From: Clostridiales bacterium UBA1752 | Lineage (GTDB): Bacteria; Bacillota; Clostridia; Oscillospirales; CAG-382 | Direction of reading: 5' to 3' | Length of the DNA stretch: 64,000 bases | NCBI GenBank assembly: GCA_002314835.1 | Contig: DCHM01000008.1 | Span: 1,843 to 65,842, forward strand | Shown: positions 1 through 7,847 of the stretch, piece by piece | Layout of the letters: the number at the start of each line of letters is the position of its first letter | Numbering within the stretch: position 1 is the first letter of the stretch | The notes under the pieces: generated by a model | Seen by the model: the letters and a program-made list of their open reading frames with translations, nothing else | The model's database searches: none | Told to the model about the DNA's origin: nothing | Program-made: the position numbers and the translations under genes

Positions 1-1191
1 AACGGATACGTGCAGCACGGATGAATCCAGCCGAATTTTTTGTCCGCTTGCCTTCTGCCGTCAGTGCTTTCGGGCGTATAATACTCGCCGGAAATCAGCC
101 TCGTATGGCACATTCCGCAGTGACCCGAGCGGCAGGAGGTTTTGAGACGGATTTTGGCGCCTTCGACCGCTGACGCTATCGTTTTGTCCGAATCGCAGGT
201 TACGGTCGTGCATTCGCCTCTCGCCCAGACTTTGAGGCTATACTGCTTGACTGCTCTCTTTGCAGGGTAAGACGGTATCTCAAATACCGAACCCTCGTTG
301 CCTTGCAGTTCTTTGCGGATTCTCCTTTGCGGAACGCCCAGCTTTTTGAGCTCGGCTTCTATCATCGAGCAAATAGGGTCGGGGCAGGTAAGGAGCACCG
401 TCATGTCCTTGAGCTTGCCGGTTTCCTTATCAGTCATATATTCTTTTAGGAGTTCAGCGGTAACGGGGCCTTTTTCCACTCCGTCAGCCTCTCCGTTTAA
501 CAGCACGGGAATAAAGCCGATTTTGCCGCCCGATTTATCCGCCACGTCCTGATAGATGCCCGTCAAGCCGAGCAGCGCGGGCATGGGGATAAGCACTATG
601 GCAAAGAGATTGACGTCGGCGTTGCCGTCGATAATGTCATAGCAAAGAGCCATGGACGGTCCGCCGACACCTATCGCCAGCACGTCGCGCGAGTCTCTGA
701 TCGGGTCGTAATACGTTTCGCCTGCCGGAGCACTGAAACGTATGATGCTGCCTTCCTGCCACGTGTTGTTTATATACTCGGAGGCGTGACCGGGACCGTG
801 GTCCGAAACGACGAGCTGATAAAAGCCGTGCTCGCCTTTTGCGGCGCTCGGTGCAGAAGATATGCAGTAATTTCTCTTTGTGTACTTATCGGGCATATCA
901 AGCTGTACGGTAACGTGCTGACCTGCTCTGAAGGGAGGCAACTCGTCAAAGCCTTTTTCTTTGGCGGGTGCTACTATATATACACAGCCTGCAGGCGTCG
1001 GGATTTTTTTGACAATCAGACCCTCGACGTATTCGGGGTGAATTTCTTTTGCGATTATATTAGGACCGTAAACCGATTTTGGCTCGTCGGTGCTGCCTGC
1101 GTCGATATGTGACTGTCTGACCTTGACCTGATTCATAAAGTCCTTGGTCGTCAGTCCCTTGAGAACGGATTTGTCATAATCGTATTTTGCC
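1..1191 (-). CDS. FNR-type flavin reductase with C-terminal plant-type [2Fe-2S] ferredoxin domain (3' end runs off the window; absent from ORF track)
   Basis: Own translation of the minus strand from ATG 1191-1189 (MAKYDYDKSVLKGL...) stays open to position 1. It has an RxYS FAD motif (RNYCISS) and a CRSGHCGMC...C cluster motif near the window edge. It starts 3 nt after the stop of CDS 1195-2742. Confidence 0.8.
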
Positions 1192-1194
1192 ATT

Positions 1195-2742
1195 TTATCT
1201 GCCCTCCTGCATATCTTGAAGCGTATATCTCGCTATTTCACGGCCGGAAAGATAAGCCTGTGAATATCCGTCCATCTGCGTGCCGTGTCCTCCGCAGAAG
1301 CGCAGTCCTTTTATCGTATAATCCTGCTTGTGACCCATCTGAACTCTGGGGAACATACCGTCCCACGTAGCAGGACAATATCCGTAAACCGCGCCGTAAG
1401 GAGTACCGATGTATCTCGCCCACGTTATGGGTGAAGCAACGACGATTTCCTCGATATGGTCGCGCAGTGATTTGCCGATGTAATCTTCAAACATTTTGAT
1501 GGTTTCGTCGGCGATTTTTTCCTTTAGCTTAAAGTAATTATCTTTGTTAACTACCTCGTCGTTCCACGCGTCGCCCTTATAAAAGCGCGAGAACTGCACC
1601 GCACAGGTGCCGTCGGGGGTTGCGTCCTTGATAACTTCGTTTATTACGGTTACGCAGCTGTCCTTGTGAGTTGATATTGACGCCGAGGATTCGTACTGCT
1701 CTTTTGTATCACCCGTGTGTCTCATAAAGGTGTCGTACGCCTTAAAGCCCAGCTCCTCGTATGGTATGTCAAGCCCGAGATAAACCGTAAAGCAAGAGGA
1801 AGCGATTTCGCGCGCATTCATCTTTTTTATTTCGATTTCGGGGATTTCGTTTTTGTCTTCTACCATGCGGCCGAATACCACGTGAGGCATAAGGTTGGAG
1901 ATAACCCTCTCGCAAGGGATATACGTACCGTCAGAGAGCTTGACGCCGTGGACCGCGCCACCCTTTATGTCAATGCTCTTGACCTCGGCGTTATACCAGA
2001 TATCGCCGCCGTTATCGCGTATCGCTTTGTCAAACGCCAGCGAGATTTCGAGGCTTCTGTGACGTGCGATATACGGCTTTTTTGTGAGATAAATATAAGT
2101 CATAAATGCGTAAACGGCAAAGCTCATCTTAGTGGAGTCGACGCACACGTAATCCCAGTATGACTCATAGATTTCTCTGGCCTTATCGGGTACGCCGATC
2201 TTTTTGAGCATTTCGTCGGTAGTAACGGGGACCAACTTCATGAGGTCCTTGTATTTAATCAGCATTTCGACTTTTTCAAGTCCTTCGGGCTCGTTGTTGT
2301 GCTTTGCGAGCCAGTCAACTCCGTCCGCAATCATGCGCGAGAGCTCCATAACGGTAGTCATGCTTTTACGCGAACCGGGAACGGTCTCTTCCATTTTGTC
2401 GATAAACCCGTTTACGTCAGAGGGGAACGACACGTCAAAGCCGCCTGTTTTATCGAGATTGATGCTGCGGAAAGCTTCGTCAATCGGCACCCACTCGACG
2501 TCAAGCCCGTAATAGTCGAGGAGCTTGCGAACCTCGCCTGCATCGGTGCCTTGACCCATCTGGCAAAGCTCGTGCAGAGTTGCCTCAAATTCAAACCTGC
2601 CGCGCACAAAGCTTGTGGCACAGCCTCCGGGAAGGTTGTGCTTTTCGAGCACGAGGACCTTTTTGCCGTTTTTTGCAAGGTAAGCAGCGGCAGAAAGTCC
2701 GCCGTTTCCCGCGCCGACAACGATTACGTCGTATTTTTTCAT
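1195..2742 (-). CDS. CrtI/phytoene-desaturase-family NAD(P)/FAD-dependent oxidoreductase
   Basis: 515-aa ORF. The N-terminal dinucleotide fold is MKKYDVIVVGAGNGGLSAAAYLAKNGKKVLVLEKHNLPGGCATSF. Length is typical of the COG1233 family. RBS ggaggg lies upstream of the ATG. Confidence 0.85.
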   Translation of the reverse strand: MKKYDVIVVGAGNGGLSAAAYLAKNGKKVLVLEKHNLPGGCATSFVRGRFEFEATLHELCQMGQGTDAGEVRKLLDYYGLDVEWVPIDEAFRSINLDKTGGFDVSFPSDVNGFIDKMEETVPGSRKSMTTVMELSRMIADGVDWLAKHNNEPEGLEKVEMLIKYKDLMKLVPVTTDEMLKKIGVPDKAREIYESYWDYVCVDSTKMSFAVYAFMTYIYLTKKPYIARHRSLEISLAFDKAIRDNGGDIWYNAEVKSIDIKGGAVHGVKLSDGTYIPCERVISNLMPHVVFGRMVEDKNEIPEIEIKKMNAREIASSCFTVYLGLDIPYEELGFKAYDTFMRHTGDTKEQYESSASISTHKDSCVTVINEVIKDATPDGTCAVQFSRFYKGDAWNDEVVNKDNYFKLKEKIADETIKMFEDYIGKSLRDHIEEIVVASPITWARYIGTPYGAVYGYCPATWDGMFPRVQMGHKQDYTIKGLRFCGGHGTQMDGYSQAYLSGREIARYTLQDMQEGR

Positions 2743-2897
2743 ATTGCCCTCCGTAAATTAAAATCTACAAGCTTATTTTAACATATCGCCACAGACTTTT
2801 CAACTGATTTTGCAAATCATACCAAAGCGTTTTTTACAACAGCAGCCTCAAGACTGCTTTCGCGGAACAACTATCACGCTCGCAGACACATCGTTCT

Positions 2898-3055
2898 CCG
2901 GCACAAAAAAGCGACTTGTTTATTGATTGCTATTCACTCTGAGAGTGGGATTCGGTCTCGGCGCGACCTACGCGCCTCGGTCTTCCGCGGCTCTTGACAG
3001 TCCACCGGACTGTCAATTCACTACCGCTCCCCTTCGAATCCCGCTCTCTCACTTT
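2898..3055. repeat. Degenerate ~159-bp copy of the neighbouring tRNA-Ser unit, containing a 110-nt GC-rich stem-loop element (2941-3048)
   Basis: ccggcacaaaaaag occurs at 2898-2911 and 3056-3069. gagagtgggattcg occurs at 2941-2954 and 3100-3113 (14/14, same orientation). An inverted copy, cgaatcccgctctc at 3035-3048, pairs with 2941-2954. Internal hairpins lie at 2960-2976 and 2994-3016. Confidence 0.6.
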
Positions 3056-3062
3056 CCGGCAC

Positions 3063-3091
3063 AAAAAAGGCACCCCACAGGGTGCCTTTTT
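3063..3091. terminator. Bidirectional rho-independent terminator downstream of tRNA-Ser
   Basis: aaaaaaGGCACCC-caca-GGGTGCCttttt: a 7-bp GC stem flanked by an A-run and a T-run. Confidence 0.75.
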
Positions 3092-3095
3092 ATGC

Positions 3096-3184
3096 CGGAG
3101 AGAGTGGGATTCGAACCCACGGTCGGTGTTACCCGAACACACGATTTCCAGTCGTGCGCCTTAGACCAGCTCAGCCATCTCTCC
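3096..3184 (-). tRNA. tRNA-Ser (anticodon GGA)
   Basis: The minus strand reads GGAGAGATGGCTGAGCTGGTCTAAGGCGCACGACTGGAAATCGTG...GTGGGTTCGAATCCCACTCTCTCCG. It has a 7-bp acceptor stem, a long variable arm (class II), a T-loop TTCGAAT and an anticodon loop CT-GGA-AA. Confidence 0.93.
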
Positions 3185-3211
3185 AGATATGCTTTTTTGC
3201 TCGCAATGGCG

Positions 3212-3240
3212 AGTATATCACACTTTTTACGGGTTGTCAA
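3212..3240 (-). promoter_or_regulatory. Consensus sigma-A promoter for tRNA-Ser
   Basis: The minus strand has TTGACA (3240-3235), a 17-nt spacer and TATACT (3217-3212), about 25 nt upstream of the tRNA 5' end. Confidence 0.6.
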
Positions 3241-3291
3241 GCAATATTTGTATTTTTTATAAATCTGCCTTTCCTTATATATTATTACCTA

Positions 3292-3320
3292 TTGATTTCT
3301 TATAAAAAATGTTATATAAT
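3292..3320 (+). promoter_or_regulatory. Sigma-A-type promoter for CDS 3354-4868
   Basis: TTGATT (3292-3297), a 17-nt spacer and TATAAT (3315-3320). RBS aaggag is at 3341-3346. Confidence 0.5.
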
Positions 3321-3353
3321 ATTGCAAAATCAATAATTATAAGGAGAACGCAA

Positions 3354-4868
3354 ATGAAAAAGATTATCGCACTCGCTCTTTCCTTTGTCATCTGCTTTGC
3401 ATTGCTTACCGCTTTTGTAAGTGCAGAAGGCGAAAAAACCAATCCCGAAGTCGAAATTGAGTACACTTCCATTGCTCCCAAAATCGACGGCGAAGTTATC
3501 ACCGGCGAATACGGTCTCAAGATTCACTCTGTCGATTACGACAACCCCGAGTTCCCCTCCACCCGTGATACCGACAAGTCTATCAAAGCAGACTTTTACG
3601 CTGCATGGGACAACGAAAACCTCTACCTCGCGTGGGTAGTTCACTCCAACCTCGACGAGCACTACGCTCCCGTTAAGGACGGCAACATGTGGGAACACTG
3701 CTGCGTACAATTTATTCTCACCACCGGCGCTCCCGACAGCACCGTAAAAAAGTATCAGACCGCTCAGTGGTCCGGCGACTATCTCGAAGTCGGTCTCTGC
3801 ATCGCTGACGACGGCGACAACTTTAAGGTTTGCTGGTCAAAGCCCACCACCGCTGCTGCAAAGCTCGCAACCGACGACTGGGATTTTGCAGGCACCGCTC
3901 TTGACGAAGACGGCAACACCACCTACGAATGCCGCATTCCCTGGACTAAGTCCGGCGTTCTTTCGGTAGGCAACAACACTCAGATTGGCTTTGCATACGC
4001 AATCGGCGACCAGGAGGATGCCGACCTCGAGCTCAATGACAACTCCAATATGGCTGAATGGCCCGACGCAGTTCTCGACGGCAAAAACGCAGACGCGTGC
4101 GCTATCTTCACCCTCGTAGGTGCAGAAAACGACGAGCAGACCGAAGTCAGCCAGGACTCCGAGCAGGATAAATACGACCGCAACAAGATCAGCTATACCC
4201 TGCCCAAAAACGCAATCACTATCGAAACCGCTCAGTTCAACACCGTTATCGCTTCGCGCGGCATCTCTATCATCACCGATACCGCTAACGTAAGCAACTA
4301 TAACACCACTTGGACCGAGAATATACTGCTCGCTCCTACCGATGACCCCGAGGTTTACACCGTAGTCGAAAAAGAAGGCCCCAGCGGCAACCCCGGCGTT
4401 TCTTTTGCAGACAAGATTGGCGAAGGCTACGTCGTACTCGCTATCCACGGTGACAACGGCGGCGAGCTCGGTGCCGAAGACCCCTCCTGCATCACCCGTG
4501 CAAACTGGGCTGACAACACCAAACTCCCCATCGGCGGCGAAGTAACCTTTAAGGGCTACAACTTTGAGACAGCCGAGATTCCCGCTTCCAACCCCTGCAT
4601 CTACTTTGTCGATGCTTCGATAGTCGAAGAAGAATCTAAAGAAGAGTCCAAAGAAGAGTCTAAGGCAGACGAATCCAAAGACGACTCCAAGGCTGAGGAA
4701 TCCAAAGACGAGTCCAAAGCAGAGGAATCCAAAGAAGGCTCCAAGGCAGACGAATCCAAGGCTGACACATCAAAAGGCGACTTCCCCTTCTGGGCATGGA
4801 TCGTTATCGGCGTTGCAGTAGTAGCTATCGTTGTAGTAGTTATTATCGTAGCCAAAAAGAAGAAATAA
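3354..4868 (+). CDS. Exported surface protein: signal peptide, CBM9/DOMON-like carbohydrate-binding domain, (E/D)SK repeat stalk, C-terminal TM helix plus KKKK tail
   Basis: Start moved to ATG 3354 (RBS aaggag 8 nt upstream); the ORF-track start at 3309 lacks an RBS. The signal-like N-terminus is MKKIIALALSFVICFALLTAFVSA. DFYAAWDNENLYLAWVV and ECRIPW resemble CBM9-type domains. The C-terminus is FPFWAWIVIGVAVVAIVVVVIIVAKKKK. Confidence 0.85.
   Translation: MKKIIALALSFVICFALLTAFVSAEGEKTNPEVEIEYTSIAPKIDGEVITGEYGLKIHSVDYDNPEFPSTRDTDKSIKADFYAAWDNENLYLAWVVHSNLDEHYAPVKDGNMWEHCCVQFILTTGAPDSTVKKYQTAQWSGDYLEVGLCIADDGDNFKVCWSKPTTAAAKLATDDWDFAGTALDEDGNTTYECRIPWTKSGVLSVGNNTQIGFAYAIGDQEDADLELNDNSNMAEWPDAVLDGKNADACAIFTLVGAENDEQTEVSQDSEQDKYDRNKISYTLPKNAITIETAQFNTVIASRGISIITDTANVSNYNTTWTENILLAPTDDPEVYTVVEKEGPSGNPGVSFADKIGEGYVVLAIHGDNGGELGAEDPSCITRANWADNTKLPIGGEVTFKGYNFETAEIPASNPCIYFVDASIVEEESKEESKEESKADESKDDSKAEESKDESKAEESKEGSKADESKADTSKGDFPFWAWIVIGVAVVAIVVVVIIVAKKKK
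4626..4775 (+). repeat. In-frame imperfect 12-nt tandem repeats encoding an (E/D)(E/D)SK stalk
   Basis: gaagaatctaaa/gaagagtccaaa/gaagagtctaag... encodes EESKEESKEESKADESKDDSKAEESKDESKAEESKEGSKADESKADTSK. Confidence 0.85.
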
Positions 4869-4879
4869 CGATTTTTAAC

Positions 4880-4910
4880 GGATGTTGCGGTCTCTATGGC
4901 CGCAACATCC
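4880..4910 (+). terminator. Terminator-like hairpin after CDS 3354-4868 (no clear U-tract)
   Basis: GGATGTTGCGG-tctctatgg-CCGCAACATCC forms an 11-bp stem 12 nt after the stop. It is followed by acatcttg rather than a T-run. Confidence 0.4.
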
Positions 4911-4937
4911 ACATCTTGATTAACGGAGTTTGAAATT

Positions 4938-5423
4938 ATGGAACGCAGATCAAAACAAAATTACTATCTTGACATAGCACAGTCTGTCGCCGAGCGCGGC
5001 ACCTGCCTCCGCCGCAAGTTCGGCGCAATCATAGTTAACAACGATTCTATCGTTTCGACGGGCTACGCAGGCGCACCGAGAGGACGTCAAAATTGCTGCG
5101 ATCTTAATTTCTGCCTCCGTGACAAGCTGAATATCCCGAGAGGCGAAAGATACGAGCTTTGCCGCTCTGTCCACGCCGAGGCAAACGCCATCATAGCCGC
5201 TTCGCGCGAGCAAATGATAGGCGCCGACCTCTATTTGGTTTGCATTTCACCTGCCGACGGCTCGGTCGTAGGCGGCACCTGCTGCTGCTCGATGTGCAAG
5301 AGACTGGTTATCAATGCCGGCATCAAGCGTGTTTTTGTCCGCGACACGGTGGATGAATACAAGGTTTTTAACGTCGAAGATTGGGTCACCGAGGACGATA
5401 GCCTCGGACAAAGAGGTTATTGA
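4938..5423 (+). CDS. dCMP (deoxycytidylate) deaminase family protein
   Basis: 161 aa with the zinc-binding HAEANAI motif and a CCCSMCKRLVINAGIKRVF (PCxxC-like) motif typical of ComEB/dCMP deaminases. Confidence 0.85.
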   Translation: MERRSKQNYYLDIAQSVAERGTCLRRKFGAIIVNNDSIVSTGYAGAPRGRQNCCDLNFCLRDKLNIPRGERYELCRSVHAEANAIIAASREQMIGADLYLVCISPADGSVVGGTCCCSMCKRLVINAGIKRVFVRDTVDEYKVFNVEDWVTEDDSLGQRGY

Positions 5424-6100
5424 TGAAGAGAGTCCTATCCCTGCTTTTGTGTTTTGCAGTCCTGCTCGCTCTGTGCTCCTGCGAACCTAAAAAATACGTC
5501 AAATACGGTGACAACGGCTTTGTAGATGCCGAAACGGGTATCGAGTACGTTATGTGCTCGGCTTCGCTCTCGCTCAGACCATTGACCGTCGAGGACGAAT
5601 ATTGCCGCGTCAATAAAGAGGATATTTTTTACACAATCCAGTGGCAGGAGCCTACCGAATACCTCGCCGACTACGAGGTAGAGGAGGCGGCTTTTGTCTA
5701 TCGCGCGTCAACTCTGCCCGACATCACGATGGAGAACTTTGAGCCCGTGGCAGCTCTGATTTATGCCGAGGGCAACGCCAGCATCTGCCTCGAAAAGTTT
5801 TATTGCGAGGCAAAATACCTGCCCGAGGATATGCAAGACGACAACCTCGTTGACGACAGTGCGCTCGTTTACGCCATCCGCGACGCCATCAACGGCAATG
5901 AGACCGTAAGCGCCGACCTCGACGCCGCCAGCGACCTTGACACCTATTACATCAGACTGCTATCGGCAAAATACCCGGGACTGTATTATATAATAGTATT
6001 TTTCACCGACAGCAACGGTGATTCTTACCTCACCGACCGTTCTACGGGCAAAACCGTACCCTCACCTGCCGCACTCACTCTGCGCATGATAGGCGAGTAA
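5420..6100 (+). CDS. Lipoprotein of unknown function
   Basis: 226 aa. It has a signal peptide and lipobox, MMKRVLSLLLCFAVLLALCSC. Its ATG overlaps the upstream stop (ATGA). Confidence 0.75.
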   Translation: MMKRVLSLLLCFAVLLALCSCEPKKYVKYGDNGFVDAETGIEYVMCSASLSLRPLTVEDEYCRVNKEDIFYTIQWQEPTEYLADYEVEEAAFVYRASTLPDITMENFEPVAALIYAEGNASICLEKFYCEAKYLPEDMQDDNLVDDSALVYAIRDAINGNETVSADLDAASDLDTYYIRLLSAKYPGLYYIIVFFTDSNGDSYLTDRSTGKTVPSPAALTLRMIGE

Positions 6101-6101
6101 T

Positions 6102-6530
6102 ATGATTATCAAAAGACTTGATGCGCCTTCGACAGAGGGCGCATATCTGTGTGAAAAAGCTTGCCTTGACGAGGCGTGGAGCCTTAGCGACATAGCCGCA
6201 ATGGTTGACCGCGAGGACGCGGTTTATCTCGTCGCGTTATACGGCGATACGGTATGCGGCACGCTCGGCGCACTTATCGTGCTAGACGAAATGCAGATAA
6301 CCAACGTCGCCACCCTGCCTCAATTCAGACGCCGCGGCATCGCAGGTGAATTGTTGCAAGAGGCACTTTTGACAGCCAAGGGCGAGGGTTGCACCGCCGC
6401 ATTCCTCGAGGTCGAGACGGCCAACGCCCCTGCTATCGCTCTGTATCAAAAATACGGCTTTGCCTCGGTTGGCCTGCGCAAAGGCTTTTACAAGGGCAAG
6501 GACGCCTATATCTTTAAAAAGCAACTCTGA
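6102..6530 (+). CDS. rimI: Ribosomal-protein-alanine N-acetyltransferase (GNAT)
   Basis: 142 aa with the GNAT acetyl-CoA motif QFRRRGIAGELL. It lies immediately upstream of tsaD, the conserved rimI-tsaD arrangement. Confidence 0.8.
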   Translation: MIIKRLDAPSTEGAYLCEKACLDEAWSLSDIAAMVDREDAVYLVALYGDTVCGTLGALIVLDEMQITNVATLPQFRRRGIAGELLQEALLTAKGEGCTAAFLEVETANAPAIALYQKYGFASVGLRKGFYKGKDAYIFKKQL

Positions 6531-6546
6531 TTTTGGAGGTAAAAAT

Positions 6547-7557
6547 ATGTTATTTCTCGGCATAGAATCGTCCTGTGACGAAACCGCCGCCGCGGTAGTC
6601 GAGGACGGCAGAAAGATTGTTTCGAGCGTCGTCGCTTCTCAGGTTGACATCCACGCACTTTACGGCGGCGTAGTACCCGAAATCGCTTCGCGCGCTCACT
6701 GCGAAGCTGTCTGCACAGTCGTTAAAAACGCGCTCGACGGCGCTAATATAACTGCCGGTGACCTCACTGCCATCTGCGTCACCAACCGCCCCGGGCTCAT
6801 CGGAGCTCTGCTGACCGGCGTATCGTACGCCAAGGGTCTCGCATACTCCACGGGCAAGCCGCTCGTGCCGGTGCACCACATCAGAGGTCACATCGCGGCA
6901 AACTATGTCACGTTTGAGCAGCTAAAGCCTCCGTTTATCGCGCTCGTCATTTCGGGCGGTCACACCTCGCTGTTACTCTGCAAGGACTATACCGAATATG
7001 AAACTCTCGGCGTCACACGCGACGACGCGGCAGGCGAAGCCTTTGACAAGGCGGCTCGCGTCCTCGGTCTGCCTTACCCCGGCGGTGCCGCCATGGACAA
7101 GCTCGCATCGCTCGGCGACAAAAAGGCTATCAAGTTCAGCCGTTGCAGCGTCGAAGGCTCTGAGTACGACTTTAGCTTTTCAGGCCTAAAGACCAACGTT
7201 ATCAATTACGCTCACACCGCACAGCAAAAGGGTGCAGAGCTCGACGACAAGTTTAAGTCAGACCTCGCGGCGTCGTTTACCGCCGCCGTTGTTGACACCA
7301 TATCCAAGCGTCTCGACCTCGCGTGCGAGCGTTATCCCGGTCTGCCCGTAGTCCTCGCAGGCGGCGTGGCAGCCAATTCTCACATCCGTGCCGCAGTCGC
7401 AGACCTCGCCGCCAAACACGGCGTAGAGTTTTTTGTTCCGCCTCTCAAGCTCTGCGGAGATAATGCCGTTATGATAGCTTCTCAGGGCTATTTTGAGTAT
7501 CAAAAAGGCGTCAGAGCGGACCTCGATTTGAATGCTCAAGCATCCGCGAATGTATAA
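6547..7557 (+). CDS. tsaD: tRNA N6-adenosine threonylcarbamoyltransferase
   Basis: Start moved to ATG 6547 (RBS ggagg upstream). The N-terminus MLFLGIESSCDETAAAVV and the motifs HHIRGHI and SGGHT are Kae1/TsaD hallmarks. Confidence 0.93.
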   Translation: MLFLGIESSCDETAAAVVEDGRKIVSSVVASQVDIHALYGGVVPEIASRAHCEAVCTVVKNALDGANITAGDLTAICVTNRPGLIGALLTGVSYAKGLAYSTGKPLVPVHHIRGHIAANYVTFEQLKPPFIALVISGGHTSLLLCKDYTEYETLGVTRDDAAGEAFDKAARVLGLPYPGGAAMDKLASLGDKKAIKFSRCSVEGSEYDFSFSGLKTNVINYAHTAQQKGAELDDKFKSDLAASFTAAVVDTISKRLDLACERYPGLPVVLAGGVAANSHIRAAVADLAAKHGVEFFVPPLKLCGDNAVMIASQGYFEYQKGVRADLDLNAQASANV

Positions 7558-7648
7558 AATAAATTATCAAATTTGAGCAATAATTTACGTCTTTTTCACC
7601 CTTGTTTTACATAATGCGGCGGTGCATAACTACATAATGTTTTGCACA

Positions 7649-7796
7649 CTTTCCACCGCCCAATGTGGAAAACTATGCCGATAAACCCCAAAAATCGAGC
7701 TTTTTATAGGGTGTGAATGTGGAAAACCCTGTGGAAAGTGTGGATTACTCCACATTATCGGCTAAACATTATGTAAAATTCATTATCTTTTCCACA
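7649..7796. promoter_or_regulatory. Cluster of DnaA-box-like 9-mers (TTWTNCACA / TGTGNAWAA)
   Basis: TGTGGAAAA lies at 7664-7672 and 7718-7726, with its reverse complement TTTTCCACA at 7788-7796. TGTGGAAAG is at 7730-7738, TGTGGATTA at 7739-7747 and TACTCCACA at 7746-7754. A weak CTTTCCACC is at 7649-7657. Confidence 0.5.
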
Positions 7797-7847
7797 TCAC
7801 GCGATTTATATTTTTTGCGTCACAAAACCACAAAAAAGGAGCCATGT

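Noticed and set aside
298-1112. Plus-strand ORFs 298-552 and 786-1112
   Set aside because: They are antisense to the FNR/2Fe-2S reductase gene, which I could translate continuously from 1191 to the window edge with clear cofactor motifs.
2941-3050. Possible second tRNA (Ser/Sec-like) next to tRNA-Ser
   Set aside because: The element contains tRNA 3'-end-like strings, but I could not build D, anticodon or T arms on either strand. The T-stem 5' half does not pair, and the ends form a 14-bp helix instead. It is reported as a repeat/structured element, not as a tRNA.
2927-3336. Several 60-111-aa ORFs overlapping the tRNA-Ser gene and its flanks
   Set aside because: They overlap a clear tRNA, a terminator and AT-rich promoter DNA. 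They have no RBS and no protein-like composition.
3309-3353. N-terminal extensions of ORF-track calls (3309, 6460, 7713, 14033, 18585, 59186, 59553, 27647, 36629, 38565, 41476, 48022, 56480, 63861)
   Set aside because: In each case an internal ATG with a good Shine-Dalgarno sequence and a sensible N-terminus is present. That N-terminus is a signal peptide, a conserved family start, or an ATGA/TAATG coupling to the upstream gene. The extensions overlap upstream genes or regulatory RNA.
7558-7847. Calling this region the chromosomal replication origin
   Set aside because: DnaA-box density is suggestive. However, no dnaA, dnaN or rpmH is nearby, no obvious long AT-rich unwinding element is present, and GC skew cannot be computed here. 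It is kept as a DnaA-box cluster of unknown role.
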